Below, in pieces: positions 36,061 to 48,774 of a DNA stretch of 64,000 nt. The notes beneath the pieces were generated by a model, which worked only from the letters and a program-made list of their open reading frames with translations, ran no database searches and was not told the origin of the DNA. The DNA is from Octopus bimaculoides (Eukaryota). A program made the position numbers and the translations under genes. The DNA is taken from assembly GCF_001194135.2 (NCBI RefSeq), contig NC_068983.1:78286860-78350859 (forward strand). The letters run 5' to 3'. The first letter of the stretch is position 1, and every line of letters starts with the position of its first letter.

Positions 36061-37751
36061 CAAAGTTCACTAACACAAATTTATACATTTCATAAATCAA
36101 AACTGGTTTGTTGCTAATTCTTTGCTGGTGTTATTTTTGTTAGTAGAACTATTGTACATGTGTATACCAAGTCAATTTTGATTGTGTGTTACATGTAAAA
36201 TATACATACACATGTCTGCAGAAGACCCAGCCATTTACACTATGATACAAGATACACTGTACACATTACTCAAAGAGCCACCTCTGCCACACACACAACC
36301 ACACTGAGTTTGTTTGAGAATAAAAAAAATGATATTGAATGAATTCTCTTTTTGAGGATTTTGTATCACAGTATAAGTGCCTCACTATTCCCCAGATATG
36401 TAGAATACTCTGCCACTCACACAACAAACTGGCATTAATTCAATGTCATTTTCTCCAAATCTATGAATGCCAAAATTAATCTGTTTGATTGTGATAGATG
36501 TCACATTGTTAGCTTAGTTTTGCCAATGTTAAGAATTATATTCTGCAACAGAACTTCTTACATTCACAACTGATTAGATTCACACCACAGGGAATGAGAA
36601 CTTATATTAGAAGTTGATATTAGAATTTCTGAAAGTAATAAAAATTGTTTTAAATTTTAGTTTTATTTTCTATGAATCTTAGGTAACATATAACCTATAC
36701 CAGTGATATGCATCTAACCAACTCTTTATGTGGTACGATCTTAATGGTAAAGTCAAGGAAGAAAATAGTGCCAAGCACTACTTTCCTTCCTGACTTGACT
36801 TTTCAGGCTCTTCTTCAGACTGATATGTGGTACATTTAATTTGTATATTCTTAAATCAAAAGATAGGTGAAGGTGGAAGCTTGTTTTAGTGGGTTACATT
36901 TTGGGAAGAAATGACTGGATAATTATTATACTGGAGTTTCAGAAGTGAGGTACAGTAAAAGGGATGAGAAAAAGCATAGATATTGCGTTAGGCAGGTTTA
37001 AATGGTAGTGATGCTTACAAGGATGCTTCGGATACTGACTGAGATACACTGTGCCATGAAATGTACAAAAACAGTGGGGGTAGGATTGTCTGACTGGAAT
37101 ACTTTATATCATAGAATATGTCTGTTATAATCTTGCTCAATATGCTGAAAATGGCAAGAAATTTTCTTTTATAATAGCTACCAACTTTAGAATAAATTGG
37201 CATGGTCATAGATAAGACATTCTTGATTACGGGCCTGATCTGTGACTAAACAACAGCAACAACATTCAGTTGATTATTCTTAGGCATTCAGTGTTTAACA
37301 CCAAAGACAGAATACAAAGCACTGTCCTTGCAGTCAGTTTTATGATACTCCACAAACTCCACAATCCATATACATTTCCATTTTTACAAATATTTTAATC
37401 ACCAAATGTTCTTTCATTAGTCATCAACATGAGTACAAGCATGGTTGTATGATTAAGGAATTTGTTTTACAACCATGTAATTCTATGCCTTAGAAGATCT
37501 TATGCCTTATTAATTTAATAAAAAAAAAAAATTTAAAAGGCATCAGGGAATTTATCTGAAATATAAAATAGATGAGATATCTGAATACTTATGCTTCTAA
37601 ATTCAAAACCTGTTGAGGTTGAAGTAGTTTTACATTGAAAGGTTTGGGTATTTTACCTGACAATCTAGGGATTATGTGAATGAATACTGTTAAATATAGA
37701 TTATGTACGTTTGTATGCATAAATACATGAATCTAAGCATATCACTGCTGT

Positions 37752-37817
<66 letters not shown>

Positions 37818-37900
37818 AAAGGAGAGAGAGGGGGGAAGAAGGAGAGAGAGGGGGAGAAGGAGAGAGAGGGGGGAGAAGGAGTGAGAGAAAGAGAGAGTAT
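37752..37900. repeat. (TA)n-(AG)n with a short ggagagagggggg(a)gaa repeat
   Basis: Direct reading. Confidence 0.9.
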
Positions 37901-38154
37901 ATATGCTTGGGTGCTTAAATGTATGCATGAATCTGAGCAGAGCAATGCAGTTATGTTAGTGTAGTTGTATATTTACATATGAATATTAAAGTATATGTAT
38001 TTCTATACTAACACTTCCATGGAGTGCCTTGTGGTGTAACCCATTCTTTTGTACAAATACTTTGTGTTTCTATCAAGTACTTCTTTTTTATAAATGATAT
38101 ATGAATCATAAATATCTATTTTCATACATATGTGTGTATATATACCTACCTACC

Positions 38155-38222
<68 letters not shown>

Positions 38223-38398
38223 TATGGCTTTCAATCAATGTAAATAGGTTTATTTACTTGTTTCCTGCTATTTATACATATATTTGTTTACATGTATCAT
38301 TAGCTGTCGGTAATCTGAAATAATTTCAAAAGGAATTGAAAATGAGAACTTGGATTTCTGGAATGAAGTGCAGAATACTATTTTTTTTTCACAACTAG

Positions 38399-38427
38399 GC
38401 ACAAAACCCATTTGTAAAGGAAAACAG
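38399..38427 (+). CDS. Candidate 29-nt micro-exon (xTKPICKGKQ or AQNPFVKEN)
   Basis: Acceptor tttttttttcacaactag, donor CAG|gtaata. Confidence 0.25.
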
Positions 38428-39354
38428 GTAATAATCAATTGACTTGACAGAACATGCCATAACTTGGGGTGATATCTAAAAATACTTAATAGCAAACCAA
38501 TATGTGTCTACATAAGAGGCATCAAGCATAAAGGATTAGGTAGAAGTATCAGCAGACTTAATATATCTCCATCTTCCTTCACAACAATATTTTTGAGAAT
38601 CAAAAAAATACAAACATGGAAATAGGAAAAAATATAATTCATGATGCAAAGTGTAAAATAAATATAGGTTTAATGGGATGTTGGAATTTGAAACTTATGC
38701 ATAAAAAGATTTTCAATATGATTTTATGCTTTGATTTTATTTTTACTATATTCAAAACATGTTGATGGAGTGAGTTAGGTGCCTTTATCATGCTGGCAAA
38801 GAATATTGTTTCCAGATTCAGAGTCATCCTGATCAAATTCTATAGGCCAGTGAGAAATTTGTTGGCTTTGCAGCTAAATAACTCTCTGTATAAATATAAG
38901 TTCAAAACACGCTATAGCCATTGTGTTATAGGCAGTTTTTCTTGTTGATGTTTAGCTTCTAGTCAACCCTGGTCTAACACTTCTGATCAAAAGTATTCTG
39001 ATTTTCATCATCCCATCTTTTTCACATGTCCAGAATTACATTGGCTCATGGATCTATTCATATTCATGATGCTAAAATATGATTTAAAAGAATTAGATTG
39101 ATGTTTCCAGCAGATCAAGATTTTATATAGAGAATCTCTCAGTAACACAACCTGTCTCACTGGCTCAATTTGTCTCTTATTTACTTAATACTTTTCCATT
39201 GATTTCAGGCTCTCTCATTGATTGAAAATTCTTTTATTAGCTTATACATTTAAGAAAAGAATAAAACACTATTTTTCTTCATCTCTCTCTCACTGAAAGT
39301 AGGTACCAACCATACTTCAAGAGTGCATTTTTATTTATTTTCTTATTCATATTA

Positions 39355-39705
39355 TCATTTTTTTTCTTACTTGTTTCATTCATTAGACATTGGCCATGCT
39401 GGTGTACCATCTTGAAGATTTTTTTTCAGTCAAATGAATCGACACAAGTGCTTATTTTTTGCTAAGCCTGGTACTTATTCTAAGTTACAGGGATGTAAAC
39501 ACACAGGCACTAGTTGTCAAGAGATACGGGGGTGGGGCACACACACACATATACAATGGGCTTCTTTCAGTTTCCATCTACCAAATCCACTCACAAGGCT
39601 TTGGTCAGCCCATGGCTATAGCAGAAGACAATTGCCCAAAGTGCCACACAGTAGGAACTATGTGGCTGGGAAGCAAGCTTCTTACCACATAGCTACACCT
39701 GTGCC
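39355..39705 (-). mobile_element. tRNA-derived SINE family B
   Basis: Collinear with 22425-22807. Confidence 0.85.
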
Positions 39706-40430
39706 TATCATATTGCAATATGTGAACAATAATATTGTTGCTTACAGGTTAAGACATATCAAATGATTTTTTTGGTAAAGCACTGTTCTTTCATTTTTCT
39801 CACAAATGTTTATAACTTATAAGATATTTGCACACTCATAACTACATATAAATTTATATGTACTCCATTTTAAACTCTGCAATTTTTTCTATATCAGGTG
39901 AACACGTCGCCAACTGGTCATCAAGTGGTACTGGGTGGGCGAACCACTAGACAGATTAATGGAGCTCCTCAGAGGTGTCCAACTTCATAGTGGGCCACCT
40001 GTTTCTCAACATTTCCACTCAACTGACAATTCCACCAACACCTTTTGGTTTTCAGCATGACTACTACCATTGCATTCCCAATTAGGGCTCACTTTTTTCT
40101 TTCAAAGGCAACAAAGGTTCACTTTTTCTTTCCAAACCTATACACCTTACAGTCTCAGTTCCCCACCTCAAATCTTCTAATCTCATTTTTCTCCCTTCCT
40201 CCACCTCATTCATCTCTTCTTTCAGCTTGCTTCTTTGTTCCTACCCCACCATCTTTCATGTGGCTCACCCACACCCACACCATCTTCTACTACCCATATC
40301 TCACCCTCACACTCACCTATTTCTACATCCTTGCTTTCCTGCTACTCCATACCTCCACACCTTCATACATGCATATACACATTTCATCTTTTCTGCCATC
40401 TTCCCTCTTGACATCTCATGAGCACCAATG

Positions 40431-40461
<31 letters not shown>

Positions 40462-40483
40462 GATCATCATCTTGCCAACATAT

Positions 40484-40880
40484 GCAGGAATGGCTGTGTG
40501 GTAGGAAGTTTTCTTCCCAACCACATGGTTCTGGGTTCAGTCCCACTGTATGGCATTTTGGGCAAGTGTCTGCTACTATAACCTTGGACTGACCAAAGCC
40601 TTGTGAGTGGGTTTGGTAGATGGAAATTCAAAGAAGCTCAATGTATATGTGTGTGTGTGTGTGTGTGTTTGTGTTTTCCCTCCTGCCATCTCTTAACAAT
40701 TGATGCTGATTTGTTCATGTCCCCATAACTTTACAGTTCAGCAAAAGAGAATGACAGAATAAGTACTAAGCTTACAAAGAATAAGTCCTGGAGTTGATTT
40801 CTTGGACTAAAACCCTTCAAGGTGGAGCTCCAGCATGGCTATAATCTAATAACCGAAACTAGTAAAAGAAAATGAAAGAA
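40484..40880 (+). mobile_element. tRNA-derived SINE family B
   Basis: tggctgtgtggtagg (A box), gggttcagtccc (B box), ttgggcaagtgtc, family tail. Confidence 0.85.
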
Positions 40881-41696
40881 TACCCCCTAGATACCTACTC
40901 TTCACCCATGTACACTTTCACACTCACATCTTGCCATTTGCTCACCCTCTTGTCTTCCTGACACATATTCATGTGGCCACTAACTTTCAACTTACATGCA
41001 CACACACACACAGACAAACAAACACACTTGCACAAGAATCCACAGCCACTCTCACACATATATGCATACACTCACTCACACACACACACACACACACATC
41101 TCATTCACTCCCACATTTCATGAAATTTCATATTTAGATGCTTTTATTAATTTCATTCAGTTGATCAACATAATTAAATCTTGAAATTGAATGGTTTTGA
41201 TTTACTATCAGGTGGCTTTTGGTTAACCCTGGATATATATATATATATATATATATATAATACAAATAATAAATGAGTATATGCATATATACATACATGT
41301 ATGTACATACTTACATCTACCTGTATATATAGATGCATATCTGGGTACAGGACATTGCAAACAAAGCATAGACAAAATGATAAACGAGTACAGAAAACAC
41401 ACAGGCCACATAGAGAACATCTCCTTCATCAGCTCCCCCATTCTAACACAGGCGTTTCGAAAAGTAAAGAGGTATGATATGAATATATTTATTTCACCAG
41501 TTGATATCCATAAGATTAAGATTATTTCGCAGCCAACATCATAGGACTATACTTTTTACCCTTCTATATTGGTTTACCATGTGGTTTGTAGCCTGGTCTA
41601 CTAAAGGAGGTTTTTTTTGTTAGTACCACCAGATTATATAAATCCATATATTGTGCATTAAATTCATGTGTGTGTATATGTGTGTGTGTTTATGAG

Positions 41697-41770
41697 GGCA
41701 CATGGCCTAGTGGTTGGGGTGTTGCACTCATGATCCAGCAATTGTGATTTCAATTCCTAGAGCGAGTAGT
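41697..41770 (+). mobile_element. tRNA-like SINE head (second type)
   Basis: gggcacatggcctagtggttggggtgttgcactcatg...ttcaattcc; a reverse copy lies at 12600-12660. No complete cloverleaf. Confidence 0.6.
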
Positions 41771-42999
41771 CTTGTGACCATGCAACAGAGGCTCATGTTT
41801 GCATATCATCAAGTCTGTTCTTTCTCTGCTCGGATGTCTTCTGAGCTCACTGCTAATGACAAGGTTGCATCTCTGTATTTCATGTACGATCCATCTGTTA
41901 GGCTTCTATACAGTTTCCATCTGCCAAATTTTGCTCAGAAAGTATGGGTCAACCTGAGGATGTAGAAAATGGGCAATTGCCCAAAGTGCTACAAGCTACA
42001 GGATCACACATAGGAACTGCAATTGTCTGCATGTGTATGGTGTAGGCAGTGTGCATGTGGTGTGTTTGCAGCGTGCATGTGATGTGTGTGTGGTGTGTTT
42101 GTGTAGATAGTATGCATGTGGTATGTGTGTGATGGCATGTATGTGTGTTTGTGTTCACATCAGTTAATTTCAATTTAGAATGTATAGGCTAAATTGAAAA
42201 TACGGCAATGAATTACCTAAAGTACTATACCATGTCTTCCAGTCAGAAACCACATAGTTGTAGAGTGAACTTCTTAACCATACACCCATACAAGCACCAA
42301 CGTTGAGAACAAGTAGAGTGTTTAGTGATTAAAAATCATAAGGTTACAAAGCAAACTTAATTACACTGCAGTTTCTGTCTGCACTCATTCATGCTCTTTC
42401 TCTATAATTTTTTACATCACAGCTGAGTGCTATCCTTATTTTCATCATTTTCATTTCTAGTCTTGTTAATTTACTTTACTTCCAATAGAAGATATAACAG
42501 TAGTTATCACAACTGAAACAATTATGATATTAATAACTATTATTTTAGCTTTAGCATTTATTTCAACTTTAGGTATTAATCTCATGTGTATATATACTCT
42601 TGATATTATTTGTATGTGCTTTGCAATTCAGTTTATTAACTTCTGAGTATCTTTGAGATTTCTTATCTGGATATAACTGATATTTTTTATTAGATGTTTT
42701 ATCTGTTCAAAGTGGGTTTTGTGAGTGCTTCTAAACTAGGTTTTAATAGCATTTCTATATGGAATTTCTACGCTGCTGGTTACATGTGCTCAGTTGTATG
42801 TCATCTTCAAAATACACTTTGAGCTTATTCTTATAAAATCAATTATTTGGTATCATCCCATAGCATGCTTATTACATGTAAAGTTTGGTTTCATATAATG
42901 ATTAAAGGCATAGGTTCCAGATAAAAGAAGAATGGAGAAATCACATTCTCTTTGAATATTCCTTAATTATTATTATTATCATTATTATTATTATTATTA

Positions 43000-43560
43000 T
43001 GCAGTAGTTTTATTTTTATAGCGTGCTTTCACTTCACTACGGAGCACAGCTGTGTGCCTTGGGTATGTGCTGTGGTTTGCTGTGATGCTCTTATGGTTAC
43101 TGTATTGAAAGTGTTTTGCGTAGGATGTGTGCAGTGCCCAGTGGTGCAATTTTCTGTATGTTATATATATTTGTAAGTCCTGGTGTTTTTGTTATGTATT
43201 TGTCTGAATATTTTTTTATCATATCTAAGGCGCCTACTATGATAGGAATTGCTTCTGTTTTTAGATTCCACATTCGAGTTTCCTCTATTTCTAGGTCTTT
43301 GTATTTTGAAAGTTTCTATATTTCTTTTAGGGAAACCTTGTCATCTGCTAGTATTGATACATGAATTAGAAAGCATTTTTTTTTCATGATCTCTGACAAC
43401 TATACCTGGCCTATTGGCATTAATTTCTCTATCTGTGTGTATTGGCATATCCCAGAGTATGGTTGCTTTCTCGTTTGCTGTGACCTTTTCTGGAGTGTGC
43501 TGTATTATTATTATTATTATTAGTGCTTCTTCTTTCAATTTTGTGTCCATTTCTTGCTAA
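43000..43560 (-). mobile_element. R4/Dong 3' end
   Basis: ATILWDMPIHTDREINANRPGIVV...IPIIVGALDMIKKYSDKYITKTPGLTNIYNIQKIAPLGTAHIL; (TAA)n tail at 42965-43000. Confidence 0.9.
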
Positions 43561-43789
43561 GTGTCTTCCTGACACCCAGAGAAAAGAAACTCACTGTATA
43601 CATTGATAGGCCATTTAAATAAACACACCAGATTATTCATGTACAAAGTCAAGTTATGTGAGGGGAAAAAGAAGAAAAGGAAAAGAAAAAAGAAATAAAA
43701 AGGAAAAAAGAAAAACGGAAAAGAAAAATTTACATTGATTGTAATCATTCTCACAGCAACAATGCTCTTCTTAATACAGGTAAAGTACC

Positions 43790-46230
43790 AGTTAAAACAA
43801 TCTTTTGCAATTCTTGCATGGATGATAACCCAGGGATCATTCTCAAATAATTTTCAGTTCCTTTTTTCATCATTCAAAGTACTCTTACAATCACTGGTAT
43901 TATAACTGCCTTAAGATGCCACATTTTTTTCAGTTTCATTCACCAAATCTTTATATTTTCTAAACTTGTCAAATTTTCTTGCCAAGATATTATAATCACA
44001 TGTCAATCAATAAACAGATTCTATTGTTTTGCTCTTTCACAACAATATCCAGTTTATTAGCTTTGATGGTTCTGTTGATATGTACTGAAAATCCCAAAGA
44101 ATCATTACATTTTCTTCCTCATTTACAGCTTCATGGTGATGTTTATATGACTTATCACGAGTTTTGATTTTAAAATGCTGACATATTAACCAGTGTAGAT
44201 ATTGGCTCTGTTATGTCTTGGCTTATACTCTTTAAGTGCTTAAACTTTGCATCCAGAGATTAGGTGGTCCATCGTTTTAATCTCATCATTGCAGCATTGG
44301 AAATTTGGATCTACTCCATTTTCTGTTACCTTGACTTCATAGTTTCAGGTCAATAATCTTTGATTTTAAGCGGCTAAGATGAAGTTTTTGCTCACTGCCT
44401 TTTGTCCTGATGAGTATGCTCCATAGCCACTGATGAGTATGCTTCTAGTCAACATCAGCTTGTCTGCTACAGGCCACATAATTACCACTAGCTTAAAAAC
44501 CACCCAATGGGGTGGCTTTTAAGCTAGTATATAGCTTTTAAGCAACTGACTCTGAATGAGAAGATCTGCAAACAGATCTCTGACTTGTTTTGGAGAATTT
44601 GTTGCAATTGTTTCCTCTAGAGTTATATCCCACTGGGCAGCTAGAGACAATATGATTTATTGTTTCTTGTCCATCTCTACATATTCTGCAGTTACTTATG
44701 CTTCTACCACCTTCTATATGCTGTATATATAACCTTTCTATGTCAAATTTTGAGTGGGGTGCATCCTAAATCCTGTCATTATTTTTCTTGTTTTCCTGTC
44801 TATTTTGATTAGTTCATTTAGAGTTGAGTTAAGGATATTGTAGCTTTAACTTATAACTGGGACAGCTGAAGTGTTGATACCTATTATCTTGTTTTTTGCA
44901 TTCAGCCCTATTTTCAGTATCAATCTAACTCATCTATAGTATTCTTTTCTTATTTTCTCTTTTGTTTGTGTGTGTTGTATCCTATCTAGTTCATTGATTA
45001 TTAAATATTTGTTTGTCTGGCTTTAGTCTAATTCTCTTATTTCATTTGCTTTGTCTAGTATGATGTTGCTACTCTTAACAAGGTTTCCTCTTTTCAAGGT
45101 TGCTTTGGCCCATTTTCCTAAGTCAAATTTCATATTTCTTTATTGGTAAATCCATGTACTGTCTGTAGTAATGTTTCCAGCTGTTTATTATTTGTAGCGT
45201 ACAGTTTTAGGTCATCCATATATAAGATGTGGTTGATTGGTTCGTCGTAACATTTGTATCGCATCCATTCCTGTTTAGCATGTCAGATAAAAGTGTCAGT
45301 GCCAAGCAGAAAAGGAGTGGAGAGAGAGTATCTCCCTGGAATATTCCTCTACTAATGGGATGTCTTTGGTTTTTATGAGTCCATCTTTTGCTTGGAGCTG
45401 TAGAACTGTCTGCCATTTATTCATAGAGTGCTGTATATATTTTATGATTATTGTTCATAGCTAGTGTTTCTAGGATCCATGTTTAGGGAATAATATCAAA
45501 AGCCTTTCAGTAATCGATCCAGGCCATACTTAGACCTTTCTTCTCTCTGCGGCTGTCATCAGTTATATATTTATTGATCATTAGTTGATCTTTACAGCCT
45601 TATGAGCCCTTGCAGCATCCCTTCTGTTCTTCTGGAAACAGGTTGTTTTCTTCCAGATGATTGCTCATTCTCTGCGATATTATTGCAGTAAAGGCTTTTT
45701 AAATTGTAGGGAGAAAAGTAATTGGTCTGTAATTTTGTAGGTTCGCCATTTCAGTGGATTTGGGAATTAGGATACTTTTCCCTTCTGTGAGTCATTCAGG
45801 CATTGTCTCTGGCTCTGCTAGTATGTCATTATATTTCTCAGCCAGCGTTTTATGTGTCCCTGTTAAGTATTTTAACCAGAAGTTTTGGATCTTATCGTGA
45901 CTGGGTACCTTCCAGTTGCTCAGTCTTTCCATTTTTTGTATTCTTGTTTGTGAGAGCAGTTGAGTTTATTTCAGATATTTTTATTTAAAAAATCATCTCT
46001 GGCTAATCGTTGAGAGGATGCTGATGTTGCCTTGGTGGGGGTTTGAGCTCTTTGAGTGCTTTTGTTATTATTGTTAATAAGGCAGCAAGCTGGAGAATCA
46101 TTGGCATAAAAGAGAAAATGCTTAGTGGCATTTGCCCATCGCTATTCTATGATTTCAAAGTTGACTTTGTTTTTAATCCTTTAGAAGTTAATAAAATGCA
46201 TTCCAGTGAAGTACTGGAGTCACTGTAATA
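43790..46230 (-). mobile_element. R4/Dong element, ~2.4-kb decayed copy (RT to RLE)
   Basis: ISRGIFQGDTLSPLLFCLAL and LIYMDDLKL-like motif near 45200-45370; 3' RLE region near 43800-44100. Confidence 0.85.
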
Positions 46231-46254
46231 TACTACTACTACTACTACTACTAC

Positions 46255-46310
<56 letters not shown>

Positions 46311-46360
46311 TGAATAATAATAATAATATGAATAATAATAATAATGATAATAATAATCAT
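46229..46360. repeat. (TAC)n-(TAA)n microsatellite
   Basis: Direct reading. Confidence 0.95.
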
Positions 46361-46750
46361 AATATAGAAAGAATTTGACAAGATCACTAAATATAGACTT
46401 GCTAATAGAAATTGAAAAAATGTGGCACCTCAAGGCAACTACCATACCAGTGATTGTAGGATCTCTAGGAATGATAAAAAAAGGTACTGAAACCTATTTG
46501 AAAATGATACCAGGCTTACCATCCCTACAGGAAGTGCAAAAATCGTGCTAACTGGAATGACTCATGTACTGAGAAGAGCATTATCGCTGTGAAAACAACA
46601 TCCATTCATGAATTTTTTTTTTTTTCTTAAATACATGTTTTACCTGTGAATTTGCGTGTGTAAACTGGGAATGCATACAACGAGTTTCTCTGCCTTAGGT
46701 GTACGGAAAACACTCGGCGAGAAATGGAAGAAAATTTGAAGAAAGAAGAA
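46360..46750 (+). mobile_element. R4/Dong 3' end and UTR
   Basis: IEIEKMWHLKATTIPVIVGSLGMIKKGTETYLKMIPGLPSLQEVQKI; followed by (TAA)n. Confidence 0.85.
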
Positions 46751-46760
46751 AAATAACAAC

Positions 46761-46794
<34 letters not shown>

Positions 46795-47810
46795 CACAGC
46801 ATTAGAGCAGAAGAAAACAACATAGCATGGTATGTAAAAAATGCCATAGAATGACTATTATTAGAAGTAGGAAGGTCAGACTTGTGTAGGATGACAGATT
46901 GCAAAGATAAAGCACTATACAAGAAACTGAAAACGAATGAAACAGAAAATAGGTGGGTAAAGAAAAGAATGCATCATCAATTTCATAGGGATGCTGAAGA
47001 TTAGACAGATAGAGAAAAAAGATGGCTGTGGATGACTAAAAGTGATTTAAAACCGGAAACGGAGGCCCTAATCTGTGCTGCCCAAAAGCAAGCACTAAGA
47101 ACAAACTACATAACATACAGAATAGACAACACAGCAGAAAGTGATAAGAGCAGAATCTGTGGACAAAATGGTAAAACCGTGTGGCATATTACAAGCCAAT
47201 GTATGTCACTAGCCCAGAAGAAATATAAGAGATGCCACAACAATATAGCCAAGCTTGTCCATTGGACACTTTGCAACAAATATGGACTTGACAGAGCATA
47301 AAATTGGTACGACCACAAACCTGAAAGCATTGTCGAAAATAGAAATGCAAAGATCCTACAGGATTTTATGATTCAGTGCGACCACGAGATTAAGAATAGG
47401 AAGCCCGACATAGTCCTAATTGAGAAAGAAAACAAACTATGCTGGATCATAGACATAGCATGCCCAGCCGACAACAAGGTATGCGATAAGGAAGAAAGAA
47501 AAGTTGAGAGATATGACAGGTTAGCTTGGGAGGTTAAGCAGTTGTGGCCGATGAAAAAGGTAGCAGTAGTACCAATAATTGTCGGAGCTTTGGGAACAGT
47601 GAGCAAAAAATTCGAAAAGTATGTGGAACAAATAGGGGCTGCAATAAGGGTGGAGCACTTGCAGAAAACAGCACTGCTTGGGACCGCTCAAATACACCAG
47701 AAAGTACTCGAAAAATAAGAGTTGTTACCTTAGTTCAGTGGTAGTGAACAGCTAACACTGTAATACATCTCGAGCGTTAGAAACTGTGCAAAGGCAACAA
47801 TAATAATGTT
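46795..47810 (+). mobile_element. R4/Dong 3' part (different subfamily)
   Basis: MTKSDLKPETEALICAAQKQALRTN; zinc-finger remnant RICGQNGKTVWHITSQC; KPDIVLIEK; QKTALLGTAQI. Confidence 0.9.
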
Positions 47811-48554
47811 AATACTGATTTATTTGCAAGGGAGATATAACAAGATTTATTAGATTCCTGCTTTTTTGAAAGGTATAGCCAAGAAAGTGAAGTTGATTAA
47901 CTTTTGCTATGAATTGAAATGAATTTGTAAAATTATATTCCTGCACAACTGCTTCCCTGTTGTAATACTCACTCCTCATAAATCATTTTATAATGATTTT
48001 TGCTATATCTGTTTGTGTTTTCCATCATAAATGGAATGAACTATGATCTCAAACATAGGCAGAAAAACCAGACATTTGAGGAGTAGTGTGCAGTTATAAC
48101 TGGTACTTTACTGATACTTATTTTACCAAATTTGGATGAAAGACAATGTCAGCAAGATTCAAATCTGAGAACATGAAGAGACATTCTGCAAAGCATTCAA
48201 TTCAGTGTTGTACCAGATAAGCCAATCATCATTTTTATATTGGAGAAAGAGTGATAACAATTTTGCAAAGATATACAAATGAGAATAATGATTTAATAAT
48301 TTGACATTAAAGGGAAGTGTATGGAATAGTCATAGTATTTGTGTCTTTCTGATATAGATTAGTGAAGTGATTAATGTTCTGCTTGATAGAATTCTTAGAG
48401 ACATTAAACTGAAGTAATGCTTCATCTTGCAGACAAGTAAACTACAGCAAATTAACCACAACTGGTCACATTTTAGGTGCCAGACTGCGAAATCGAGTAG
48501 TTAATTTAAATTCTGGCAGCACAGACATTTCACCCTGTCTGGATAATATTTATC

Positions 48555-48774
48555 CCCACTTAAATGTAGATGTTCTGTGAGAACAAACTATACTGCCATA
48601 GATAACATGAGAGAACCTCTCATTGGCTTTTGGTGCAAAACACACTTTTGTTCACCTCCCCTGCTAGTGATATGAACAAGAGTACATTTTGCATCAAAAG
48701 CAGATATGAGAGTCCCTCTCATGGTATCTATCACAGTATAGTTTGTCCTAAAAGAACATCCACATTTAAGTGGG
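48555..48774. mobile_element. 220-bp foldback element (MITE-like)
   Basis: ~100-bp imperfect inverted arms around an 18-nt loop (48655-48672). Confidence 0.8.

Noticed and set aside
44405-44450. Two CTGATGAG hammerhead-core words
   Set aside because: No downstream GAAA or stems; this is a short local duplication inside the antisense strand of an R4/Dong ORF.
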